Part shown: positions 48,601 to 61,685 of the stretch, piece after piece
Layout: each line of letters opens with the position of its first letter
Position numbering within the stretch: position 1 is the first letter of the stretch
DNA from: Lingula anatina
Taxonomy: Eukaryota > Animalia > Brachiopoda
Direction of reading: 5' to 3'
Length of the DNA: 64,000 nucleotides
NCBI GenBank assembly: GCA_051362555.1
Contig: CM120640.1
Location: 35,173,967-35,237,966 of the forward strand
Notes under the pieces: model-generated
Told to the model about the DNA's origin: nothing
The model's database searches: none
The model's input: only the letters and a program-made list of their open reading frames with translations
Program-made: the position numbers and the translations under genes

Positions 48601-51354
48601 GATACCCTTCCCTTTTCGAACCTGAAACGTTAGCTTTGAAATTATCATTTAACACAAATAATGTCTGTATAAAAATGATAAAGTGGTTGTTTTAAATTTA
48701 TCATATATTAATTTCTAAAAAGAGATGTTTTTATTCGTCACTGAAAATATAAATCTATAAATCTAGGCAAATCTGTAACATGACACCTCGCTGTGAACTT
48801 GGAGATGTACTCTTATTCATTCTAAATGGTGTTGACTCCTGGAAGGTAAGACATTGCAACCCTATTATGTAAATTCCATATAGGAAACTTTTAATTACAT
48901 TTATCGTGTGATCAGTCACAAAAGAGGAAGAGATGTAAATCTTTACAAGGCACTGTTGATATAATGTATAATGCCTAGGCTTAGAAATCTCAACATTATG
49001 TAATGGGCAAAATGTCCACACGTTACTGCAGTATTGTCCACATGTACTATAACGATCTTTTAACAATTATGAATATGGCACTGTGGCTTTGAATAAACTT
49101 CCTCTGGTTTTCGGTGTTTTCAGTGCTGGACGGGATCAAATATTTGTTTTCTGAAACAAAGTTAAACCATGGGATAGGGTAAAGATTTACCATCCGAAAA
49201 AAGATTAATTTAATATTGTAGTAGTAGAATGGAGATCTTTGTTGCGTATATGATAAGAAAACTATAGTTTCCCAGGATTGGGAGCATTTATATGCCATTT
49301 AGGACTTAAATTTACAAAACAAAAGTGTCGCAAAACAAAAACGGGAAATCTCGTTTGTCCATTAGAATGTTTCTGTAGAACTGATATTAATCATAGCCAT
49401 TCCATATTTTCAAAATCACTTGAGCTGTCGCAAAGCCCAATTTTCGGGAAGTAAAGAGTATTCTGAAAGGATTCAATGATTTTTTTTGACTGTCAACTTT
49501 CGTCTATTTCATCAATGCTCAAAAGGAGTGAACAATTTTAACTTTATTTTAAAAGAATTCTTAAACGAAATCTATAGGTTTTTAAAAATTGGATTATAGG
49601 AGATTTATTATTTCATCTGTTACATTAAAGTCCATTCTGACAATTTGGTCAGTTATTTATTTAAGAATTTTTTACGGAATTATTATCTAAAATGTTATTT
49701 CAAAGTTTTTTGTTCCTCTAAACGGTAATTTTAATATTCTTCCAAAGTGTATGTAAACCTAAATACTTCGTTTGGTTTGAATTTTTAAAATGAAAAATAT
49801 TCCTAAAATGTGCAGAGGAGCGGTCTACAGTAATTAAAATTGTTCTGTATTCTTTTACATTTAAATTTTTTTCCGGAGCAAGGGTGATTGATAAAGACGG
49901 GCTTGGTTAGATATCAGTCCAGCATCCCTATCTTGTGTTATTTGAGGTTAGTGTCATCACTAAACACCGAGAACCAGAGTTAAAGTGAATGTGAAAAGTC
50001 GCTTCAAGTACTTGAGCAACTTTTTCAGTTTGGTTTGTATACTGACAGTCAATGAAAACGCATCATTTATTTATCAAATAATATTTTCGTTCCTTTGGTA
50101 CATTAAGAAAATAACAGTTTACGTGTGAAATATGACCCATTTTTCAGTTACACAAGGTGAAATAAAGGTCAGAAAAGATCATTAAAATGCAAGGTCACGT
50201 TATCAAATCTCTTTGATTCCGCCCATCCTCCAACATCCCCAGGGCCCGCAGTCACTCTTTCAGTGTCAGACGTGGCATCACTGAACTTTTTTGTCATGTG
50301 TCGCGGAAATTCTAAACATCCGAGTGGTCAGCCCACTCTCTTATGACCAAACAAGTGCATTTGTACTCGTTTTAATGGTTGGAATCGATTCTCGGTAAAA
50401 AAAAATACAAGAAAGTTTTCTGATGGGTTTTCATTGACTGCCAGTATATATTATTCTAAAAAGGCTAAGACTTAGGCTAATCTTGTAAACCTTCCGTCTT
50501 TATGTCGCTCCTGATTCCCATGCTTCGCAAATGTAAATTATGCCATATATCTATTTTCGGATTTAGTGCAAAGAAACCGATTTCAAAAATATCGATTGTC
50601 AAAACTACCAGGAATCTTACAAACATGAAGAAATTTTGGCTACTGTTCGATTTAGTGTGCAAACGTCAACGAGACGACATAGGACAAGGTGTGCTTACAT
50701 GCTCTTGTGCGGTAGTGCATAGATGACGCTTACAGCAGATTACATGCATTTGAAAAATTGTAACAACCTTTAAATTGGGACGGAAATATTTTGATGAAAT
50801 TCGATGTAGACAAGGCACTAATGTCAATTTTGAAAAGAGTTGCCAAGTCCAATTTGTTTTAAAATAAATCTAATTTGTCTATTATCAGTTCTTGTCAAAG
50901 TCTTTCAGATGTTATGTACTTGGAACCTTTTTTTCATAAATCAAAGGATTCCGTCGTATAGTAACAATGTTCAAAATGCATAAAAGCTTCGACTTGTTTT
51001 ATTTACAGATATAAAGCGTCTTTTTTTTTTTTTGGTTTGTTTGTTTGTTAAATTTTAATGTATATTAATTTGAGCACAAAATGTTCCATTTATAATTTTT
51101 GTATACATTTTAATGCTGTACATAATTCATTTTGACAAAAATAAACTTACAAAAGCTTTACTTCGTTCAAAACTTGCAAAAGTTATTGAGTTTTCCTATC
51201 TCATCTCGAACCTTCTACTTCATGCTTACTGTCCTGCCGTCTTACCGACTGAGCCACTGCCTCAACTTATTTTTTGTTCGATCATAGGACCCTCTTATCG
51301 CAGTTTAAATTACTCATTTGGATTTTTTTTGTAAAAGGTAATTTGCTGGGACCT

Positions 51355-51425
51355 AGAAGCGCCAGGTTTCGAACCCAGGTCTTGCTGGGTCCGAGTCGCG
51401 CGTGCTATCCACTCTCCTAAGTGTT
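51355..51425 (-). pseudogene. tRNA-derived fragment (SINE head or tRNA pseudogene)
   Basis: Minus strand has an A-box-like AGGAGAGTGGATAGC and a T-arm CTGGGTTCGAAACCTGG. The acceptor and anticodon stems do not pair well. Confidence 0.45.
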
Positions 51426-54400
51426 CCCGCCCACCCACCCCTGGTAGACTTTTCTTTTATAGTAAGCAAGGGAAATTTTTAAAAGCCCTTCTGGTAAAGA
51501 ATTTAATGTGTTCCTAGTACCCGAATCGAATCCCCACCCTTAGAGTCCCGCCGAGCCAATGAAAACGCTAAGCCATTGTACATATAATTGTAAAGTATTT
51601 TATTCGGAGTAAAATAATGTATTCTCATATTTTCAAACATCTACTTGTTAAAGATTAAAATTTTTTTTTTTAATATTTTAATCACAAGATGTTTTGAATA
51701 TTCAGATATTTAAAACAAAAATATTGATATGCGCATTAAGACTTGCTCAAGTATGATTTGATAAATAAACTAACTAATGAACTACTTGGCTAATGTTTGA
51801 TCTTGTTATATATTTAACAAATTATTTCAGATAAAATGACAGTCAGATTTTTTTAAATTTCATTTTTAACAAAAACAACGGCAGATGTCGAAGCTCTCTC
51901 ACCCCACACCACCGCAGGAAAAAGCGAAAGAGACTCACTCTGATATCACATAATTTTAAAGGTTACAAAAATACTCCAATTTGCCAAGAATTTCAAAATA
52001 GGACCCCCTTTCAAAATACCATGTACCGGTATCTGCCATTGTTTTGGATAATTTTAAACATAAGGTGCTGTGAAATTTATTTCAGGATATGGCTTTTTCT
52101 ACATTTAATACAACATAAAATTCCGACAGTTATTGCTTGGAAAAAACGCATTTTTACTATGTTTTGCAAAAAATTGTCACAAGCCGTTTCTGAAATAAAT
52201 TTCAATATTTTACAGCAACCGATACGTTCAAATACACTACAAGAGATACACTTTAATGAGAATGTGAAAAAAATCCCCTAGAGACATTGATTCTTGAAAA
52301 AAAAGCATTCTAGCAATTTCAACGTGTAACTATCAAACCTAGGCAAAATGGAGGGTATTACTAGTGGTATTACTTATACTACCTATACTACTACCTTGCA
52401 TTTATATTCAAAAATTTGTAACAAATGGTTTGTAACTTTCTGAACATAAATCATGTGAGAACATAAACATCAATTCTGCACCTGCTGCTTGATATACTGA
52501 AGATGCTGCTGAGATAGAATTGTTAAAAAGCAGAAGTTTTGAAAATGGGTTATAACTTAAGATCACATGACTTTTCCCTTCATCTTTATGCAAAAGTAAG
52601 ATCTTTTCAACAAATTAATGCCACAAATGCAAGTCATAATTAACAAATAATAACAAAAATATTGCACATACTATTCACCCGAACTTTAGAAAAATCGTTA
52701 ACATTAAGATTACAATCCAGATGAGTTAAATAACAAAAATTGTTTAATATAACCATGTTCTTTTTATACACAGTTTAACAGGTAGACTTAGATTAGCCAA
52801 ATCAGTTTACAACTACATGTGATTTTCGTAAATTTTGTCTTAAATGTGTTTATATACTTTATATACTCCATTACTCAAACAAAATGATCGATTGTGGTCC
52901 TTAAAAAATGGCACTTTTCACTCAACAAGACAGCAAGTTTTCAAGCTTTAAAAGATTATACAATTACGCTCTTTAAGTTACTAGTTTTTTAGTCAACCTC
53001 GCTATGGAGATAGAAACTTGTGAATTTCACACAAGGCGATAAAAGTGTAGAAATTTGGAACCCCAAACAGGGTTTTCAGATCGAAACAGTTTTTCGATAA
53101 AGTAAACTTAAAGAATTAAATTGCTGAAATTTCCAGATTTTTTTTTTTATTTAAGGTCTAATTTAGGAGTTCGAAAGGAGTGAAAATATTGTAAATGCTA
53201 AGTTACGAAAAATATGAAAAAATTTGTCTTTTCATAGAATTTTGTCAAGTAAGCATTAAACAATTTTAAAAGTGGATTGAACTCATTATGTATTATTTAC
53301 AGGATCAATAACTTAAGACTGCTTCAGTATGATTTATTCAAAGCACTTTAAAAAACGTGAAAAAAGTAACATTTATCACCAAACGTGCAAAATTACGTGA
53401 ACAGAGCTTTCAAGGTAACTTATTCGTCTTTTGAAGAAAAGGTCAAACTGAGCTTTATTTGCAAGTTTTCCTGGAGTAGGAAAATAGGTTTCTCTGTATT
53501 TTTGAGCATTATATTTGCATTGAAATAAACGTCAAGTCACACCTTGCTGCCTTGCTGAAGAATACTGCAAATACTAGTAGTTTTACAAAAGAGGTAAACA
53601 CAGACTTATAATTACAGTAAGACATGTTTAAAGGCATAAGGGGCGGTTCTATTCCTTGGAGAAATAAACCAAGTTTTGATACTAATGACTACGCAGTGTT
53701 AAATATGCTGTATTTTGATTTGTTTTTTCTTACAAGAGGCTTTAAAGTTTAGAGGTAAAAATCGTGGTAAATTGCTTTGAACAGAGCGTTTTGATTAGAC
53801 GTGATATTTACATTAGCCAGTAATGAGAAATATCAAAATTACGTTCAAGCACTGCTTGCAAACTGGCGCTAGGAATTCTCTCCCCTATGCCTTGAAAATG
53901 GCTGCTTTCATAATCAGTTACGCATAAAGCAGTGTAACTATTAACTAGGTCACATACTTCAATGGATTATTTGTGAAATCATACCAAAATCAGAAATGGA
54001 AGAATATCACTAAACCTTTATCCAGTTCTTTAAATTTCAATAGTGACTATTTTGCCGTACTGTTATTATGATACATGGTTTTATTATTACCAACTCACTA
54101 AATTTCAACAGCCAAAATTTTAAAGGAACCATTCAACAGAATTTTCCCCATCTTGACACATTCGCATGTAAAACTTTACTGCTACTACTAATTCAACCGA
54201 TGTAGTTTAAAATTTAGTGTAGTTAACGTGAAGCACAACTGCAATTTTCACTGTTGAGGTACGTGATGAAATAAAGGAGACATGGAGGACACAAAATATC
54301 AGGAGGGGAAAATATTGGTGAATGGTAAAACCCAGTGTTTGACAAATACAGGCGTCAAACCCATTTTTAAATTCATCAAATATAAGTTTTCGACAAATAC

Positions 54401-57133
54401 CTAAATCCATTGTCTTAGAACGTTTCGTTGAATCGGTTAAAACTGAAATATCCATAGACTTAGTATCCTGATCGCCTTGCATCCACACCCTGGTCACTCA
54501 GAACTGAAAAAGTGACATCTCTTCCAAGGGTTCAGGTTTCAAATGGTCCATCGGGGTAGGAGGCAGAAAGGGCTGGGTAACCACCCTTTCTATTTTTCAA
54601 TAAACATTATTTGAAAGACAGAATTTGATTAACAATGCACTAAAATAGCAATGCACAGGTAGCTTTTGTTTCCTGCATATTTCAAAATGCTATAGATTAA
54701 AGTAATTAATTAAACTTCAGACCCTTACACCCCCCTATGTAAAACGGCATTATATAGGTCACTGGCTATCCTTATATGGTCTGCTGCATGCTGCAATCTG
54801 AGTAGTTTTTACCAGGTTTGACAAACCAAACCGTCATGTAGCGCCATCTGGAAAAGAACAGAAATGATCTTCTCTGCTGCAATCAGTAGCTTAGCAGATT
54901 GTTTTAGTGCGTGTGTGTGTGTGCACGAGCTTGCGCGTGTTTAATCTTCAGCAACACAGAAATGGCGATAATAATGCAATTCGAACTGGTATACATATAC
55001 AAATAAAGTAATAATCGTTTATGATAATAACTGTACGGACATCATCTCTGCTCACGGTCAGCTGTCATTTTTGATCTGTTAGTTATATTAATCCAAAAAC
55101 CATGTAAAACGACCTTAAAATACTACACCAGTCTACCGTAATATAAAAATGCACTGATAGAATGAATAAACCTACTAGATCTATTAGAATAGATTTGAAT
55201 AGATGGAAAGACAATAGATAAACTATCAAAGTCGGTCAAGTATTAGCATTTTAACCGAAATGAAAAGAAAAGAAAAAAATGCATGCACTGCACTGATATA
55301 TTTCTTTACGTCAGATAATGAAACAAAACTCCGACTAGGCTATGCAAGAAAGCTCTGAGCTGAGAAAGCCTCTGTCGATAGAGTAGCACCGCCGACTACT
55401 TCTGCAGTGGACTAGGATCTAAGAGCGGTTTTGGGCACAACAATAGAATCACGTGGATTTCGCCGATCAGGTAAGATTCAACCTATACCATCGACATAAT
55501 CAAATTTAAATTCGAACACTTCCTGAAAAGACCTAGAACGAACCGTGTGACTTTCTTAAAGTGAATTAAAAAGCAATGGGAGCATTTGCGGTTGGGGCGG
55601 AACTAACCCTTTGTAAGATGTTACCTATATTTCAAGAAGTTTGTAGAATACGCGCCTAAACACATTGTTTTGACACCTTCATAATAGAAAAAAACACATG
55701 CATAAACAAAGTTTTGATGTATTTGAGGTATAAATTTATAAATTGTCAATTATCACTTTGATGCGTAAAACAGAAATTAAACGCCTTTGTCGAAATCCAC
55801 AGTTTAAAGGGATTAAAATTTTAATTGACACATTCGATGCTTAATCATTCTATATCTATATATAAAACAGGAAAAATATTACCATGAAGTTGTCTAACCT
55901 GTCATATTGCTAAGTGATTCGTAGGAAATAAACACAAGGACGGTTAACCTAATGCAATTAAAACTACAGAACAAAAACGCACCATTAACAAACATACTAC
56001 AATTAAAAGAACGTTAATGCACGTATTTTGAGAAACCCGTAGAAAATATCCACCAAAACTACTTCCCCACTGATAAATGCTAGTAGCTTCTATATGCAGA
56101 AACAGTTATCAAATTGTAAAGGTTCGGAAAAAATAAAATGCTGTAATACTGTATCCCCCGTTTTTTACATGTTTTTACAGAGTAACATTTTTCCATTGAT
56201 CCTACCATTGACCAGACCCATTGTTTTGCTGGGTGGGAGAGAGGGGGCGGGGCAAGCATACATACTAGTATGTATATACGTGTATGTATACTACTTCCTT
56301 CGGCAAATACAGTAAAACCGTAAAACCACCTATGTTATTTAGGGAGTGGAGGGGGAGGGAGAAGGAGGTGGGAGTATCGCCGAATTAATGGGAAGGTTAA
56401 GTGTCCACTGTGTTCTTCTGTGGACCGACATTGCCGAAGTTGACACTATTTACCCCTATTATGATGCGATGTGAGAGATGTCACTCCTAAAAACAGTGAT
56501 CATAAAGAACTCTTAGGGCATATCTTGAAAACACCCCCATTATCTAAAATGACCTATAAAAAGTGTGTAAAATAAAAGTTTTTCGAAACTCCCTACGTAT
56601 AACCCTTGGCAGGAATACCGGAATGTTTAGAAGTATTTTTGCAAACACTGAGGACCTACATAGAAGGGGATGCATTTACATAAATAAAATATTAGCAGTC
56701 TTCTATTTCCAGTAGCCTGACCCATGCTTTTTGTACTATCAAACCGTCTGCCGCAAACCTTGCCTTGGGTTTCCAGCCCAGTAAATGGAGATTTGACGAG
56801 TCGAAGACGAAGTCGTCATTACGGACGGTCCTTCTTGTGTTCAATATTGAGCATTTTTTAACACTCTGAACGATTGATTAATTTTGATTCTATGATCCAT
56901 TAATAAATTGAACGTCATGAGAATGACGTTTACACAATGAAAGCGTACTAGTAAGCGTAAAATTATGACGCCATAGGACTGTGACGTTTACATTGGACTG
57001 TGACGTTTGTTCATAATGACGTCATAAGACTGGTTACCTCGCCAGCAGCTTTCCATCAGTCATGTCGTAACCATTCTGCGGCTCCAAAAATTATCTGGGT
57101 TTCTTGCCCAGATAATCTAGCTTCAAGACCAAC

Positions 57134-60100
57134 ATGGAGCAAGATATCAAAATGGAGACCCTTACGCCTGAGGAAGAAAGTACTTACGATATTATTTCTT
57201 TAGATACAAGGCCAACAGGGGAGGCTGTTAATCAACCTGAGAATAACGCGCAAAATGAAGAAGCTGCAGAGACTGAGATTGACATCACGATCCAGCCCAC
57301 ACCAGAAAAGGATGGAACGAGGGCGTGGCTGGTGTGCTTTGGCGGCTTTTTGATACAAGTTCTAATTGTTGGTTTCCTTCACGTATATGGCATATTCTTT
57401 GTCAAGTTCCTAGAAGAGTTCAAATCTTCTAAGGCGACCACAGGTAAAAAGTTTGTCTCAAGACTGAAGTGTATATATTTCTCATTTCTCTTTCGTAACT
57501 GTTTTCTCTTCTGATACAACGCGATCAAACTAAACATATTTCACAAAAATAGAAATAATTACGTACCTACCCTTCCACGATTATTTATCTTTTAAGCTTG
57601 GGTTGGAGCTCTGGCATACGGCGTAGCCATGGCCCTCGGTCCGCTGTCCAGCGCAGTCATCAACCGCTATGGCAACAGGATAAGTGCAATGATAGGGAGT
57701 ATCATCTGTTCCATCGCTCTTCTGATCTCGTCATTCATGCCCGACGTCACCTGGCTCTTCGTCACCCTTTCGTTCCTCTACGGATGCGGGTGTTGTTTCG
57801 CCTACACCCCAACTATGTGCATCTCTGGCGACTACTTTGAGAAATACGTCGCACTGGCCACGGGGATCATGACGGCGGGGAGCAGCGTAGGGACCCTCAT
57901 TCTGTCACCATTTACCCAACTTCTGGTAGATAGTATCGGCTGGAGGGGCGCCTTTAGGGTGTTTTCGGGGGTCGTGTTAATTCCACTGTGGAGCTCCTAT
58001 CTCTTCAAACCATTGGAAGGTTCCCACAAGACCCCCAGTCAGCGGATCAAGACTTCATTGGCACGCCGGGTGATCGCCGACTTGGCCCTGTGGAAGAACA
58101 GAGTATTCATTGTGTGGATTGCGGGGATTTTTCTTGTCATGTTTGGATACTATATTCCATACGTCCATTTGGTAAGTTTTAATTTGTTTCAAACATTCTA
58201 ATTAAATTACTTAAAAGAAAAAAAAACAAGATAAGACCTCAGTAGCTTGCTGTTTTTTAAAGTGAATGTTCAATCATTTCTATTAAGAAACCAGGAAATA
58301 ATTTACTAATTATTATTATTCAAATAATTTTCAATGAGTAAATTTGAGCTAAATTTTTGTACAACCAAGGTCTCCTATGCAATGGATGTCGGGATCCCAC
58401 CAACACAGGCCTCACTTCTTATGATGGTAATGGGTGGCGCTACGGCAACGGGGCGAGTTCTCTTCGGCAAGATTGTAGAATATGGCTTCCTGAACCGCCT
58501 CCATATGCATCAATTATCTATGGTCGTCACGGGCACGGGGTGCATGCTTCTCCCCCTTATTCGGTCCTTCTCAGGGCTGGTTGCCTACGTCATCTTTATC
58601 GGCCTAGTCGACGGATGTTATGTGGTGTTACTGCCAACCTTGACGGCTAGTTTTGTAGGACAAGACCGAGCCGTTGTGGCTTGGGGATTTCTGGTCGGTG
58701 TAACGTCTATAACTTACACGCTGGGACCACCAATCGCAGGTAATAAATTCTTCAATTAGTATTTTTAGTGAGACTTTTACAAAGACATAGCAAAACTTTT
58801 TTTAAATTCAGGCTTAATTTAATTTAATTTTCATTTAATCCAAGTTGAAGTTTAATTTAGCTGTATTTGACGATTTTCTTACAGTTAGTTGCATGGGTGA
58901 AAAAAGAAAAATTAAAAGTGTTGAAAAAAAAAAACGTAGCTTGCATTGCATTTAACCCATTCGAAAAGGAAACGTTCAAAATGAAAACCGATTTTCCTGA
59001 AATCAGACATAATCCTGAAAACTTTCACCCATGGATTTGCTCTTATTTAATTCCATTTCAGGACTAATATACGACAGCACCGGGTCTTATAACCTGGCCT
59101 TCCACTTGGCGGGAATTCCTCTCATCCTCGGAGCCCTCATTTTATTCCTCGTCCCCTGGGCACAGCGGACTGCCAAGACAACCAACGTGATGGTTGCCGC
59201 CAGGAAAACATACGAACAGTTCCCAGAATCCGAGACAGACAGAGCAGACGACAATTGGTTGACCAAGGAGGAGGAGGAGGAGGATACAGGGGATTTCTTG
59301 GTCTTTGAAAATTGTAATAACCATATATGTATATCTGAAAATTATTTTTTTTAATCAATCTTCCTTTACCTTACAGTGAAAATAGAGCTTGTTTTCTTAT
59401 TCTGATAAGGAATAGTTGAAATACGTATGATTACGGTTTCAGAAGGGAAATATTCTCCCTAGAAAATACATTTTAGGGCATAAAATAATTTTTAAAAAAA
59501 AATTAAAAAATTAAAAAAATGAAATACTAAATATGGGATATTTCTATTTAAAGTTGATGACAAAAATGAACACCGAGAGGAAGGAATCGATATCCCGACC
59601 AAGAATTCCGCAAGCAGGGATACCCTTGTCCCCAGCAGTGTCAGCAAAGCCATTGACATCCTGAGGAAAACATCTCGCACTTTGTTCAGAACCAACTCAG
59701 ACCCTGAGAGACAATCACTGGTTTCTGGGCTTCAGGTTATCTGTATTCATCAAATATTTAGACTCCGAATTAAACTGTCCGATATTCATTGGCTAAATAT
59801 AATTTCGTTTTGCCCTTTGAAATCTATCAAATTCATATAATAGCATTTTGTTAATTCATCCATTCATTATATTATATTATATTATTAATTATTATTAATA
59901 TTATATTATTACCTCCGCCAAGGAGGTTATGTTTTCACCCCTGTTTGTCTGTCTGTCTGTTTGTCATCAACATAACTCAAAAAGTTATGGACCGATATTT
60001 ATGAAATTTTTTAGGTAGGTCAGAAATGGGTTTACTTAGAAGTGATTAGTTTTTGGTGGTGATCCGGATCAATAATCAATCATATTATATTATATTATAT

Positions 60101-60480
60101 TATATTATATTATATTATATTATATGTTCATCTAATCATTCTAGGAATGCGAGCTGGAGGCTATCCGTGTTCTATTCGAACCATCATCGCAGGACGACGC
60201 ACAGCAAGATGACAGAATCGAAATAGAAAATATCGACTTCTCTCAAGCCTCGCAGCACCAAAAAGTCCACGCCGCCAGTTTGAGCCCCCAGATGCTGTAT
60301 CACCGCAATCTCACTCCCGTGCCTGAAGAGGGCGCAGCTGGGCGGCGACAAACCGCGCTATCGGGCACCGCACTGGGACCACGCCCCTCGGAGGATTCCC
60401 ACGACAAAAACAGCCTTCAGTTTGCACTGGATGACAACATTTCTCAGAGCAGCCACTCCCCCATGGCAAGCCCACGCTGA
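57134..60480 (+). CDS. Monocarboxylate transporter family (SLC16/MCT, MFS) protein, 6 coding exons
   Basis: Exons ~57134-57443, 57597-58171, 58370-58739, 59062-59313, 59554-59735 and 60145-60480. Motifs PEKDGTRAWLVCFG, GPLSSAVINRYGNR, YFEKYVALATGI..AGSSVG, GWRGAFR, GYYIPYVHLV, LGPPIAGLIYDSTGSY. A probable 5' UTR exon ends at the donor CAG|GTAAGA at ~55470. Confidence 0.93.
59905..60070 (+). mobile_element. Truncated Helentron/HINE-like non-autonomous element, followed by (TATTA)n
   Basis: TTATTACCTCCGCCAAGGAGGTTATGTTTTCACC, a (TGTC)n microsatellite, and CATAACTCAAAAAGTTATG..GATCCGGATC. This is the layout of DINE-1/HINE-type elements. Confidence 0.6.
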
Positions 60481-60812
60481 ATTGTCACTAATCCGCCTTG
60501 AAGGACTTTTGAAATCACACGTAGAGAATGTCCATTTTGTTATTAAGTGAAAGCATCTATTTTAATCGTTTCGACTATGTGGTTAATTTGATTCTATTGC
60601 AGATGTTAGAGAAGAGTCGCTATAAACAACCGCACAGTGGTCTTTTTACAAAATATATTCTAAATTGTTGAAACGAAATACAAAATACGCACTAGAAAGA
60701 TGATCAATCAAAAAAACCTGAATTGAATAAATCCGTACATGAATAACTAATTCCTGTCCTTTTTTCTGTAATGTCTCATCCCTGAGAGTGGATTAAAGTT
60801 GTGCAGTTCTGT

Positions 60813-61685
60813 TCAGTATTCTTGACTCTGGCTTCCGGGTCCTCCCTTTCCTTTGCTGGATTTCTTTGGTAACAGGGCTTGTTGAATATTAGGCAGCACT
60901 CCGCCCTGTGAGATGGTTACTCCGGACAGAAGTTTGTTCAATTCGTCATCATTTCTGAAATTAAAAAAATTGACTGTGAATAAGTATTGATCGTACATTT
61001 CATGCATATGTCAATACAGTCCACATCTACAAAATATGCTAAAAGTTTGTAGAAAATAATCAAAAAAGCTTTAATTAACATAAATCATTCTGCGTCATTG
61101 TAAGTGATAAACTAATATATTAAAGGCGTTTTTCGGTAGGAAAAACAGTTAATATTGATAGTTATGCGTCTACCTTACGGCCAGTTGCACGTGTCTAGGT
61201 ACTATACGAGACTTCTTGTTGTCCCTGGCCGCATTCCCTGCCAACTCCAGAATCTCGGCCACCAAATATTCGAGGACAGCAGCCAAGTAGACAGGGGCAC
61301 CCGAGCCAACACGCTCAGCGTAGTGACCTTTTGTTGGAGCGAAATGTTGTCGTTGTATTATAAGTGATTTTATAATAATTCAAGAAATTGAACGTGTCCA
61401 GCAACGAAGGCAGTCTTTTATACATTGGTTTTCACATTGAGATCTGCAAAATCCTTACTTCAGAGGTCCAGAAACCTCGTTTCAAAATCCAGGTGTGGTT
61501 AATATAATGTATCTGAATAGAATAGAAAATCAAACTCGGTCAGTTTAAGATACACTGCTTAGGCTAACTTTACCTTTACGCAGAAACCTCTGTATTCTGC
61601 CAACGGGGAATTGTAGACCGGCCCTCGCAGATCGGGTTTGTTTCGCCCCTTTCTTACTGGGAGCACCTTTCCCTCTCCCACTCAT
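60813..61685 (-). CDS. H2AX: Histone H2A.X variant with two introns
   Basis: Exons 61574-61685, 61174-61327 and 60813-60954 give MSGRGKG...[100 protein letters not shown]...SQSQEY. The C-terminal SQEY motif is diagnostic of H2A.X. Confidence 0.94.
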
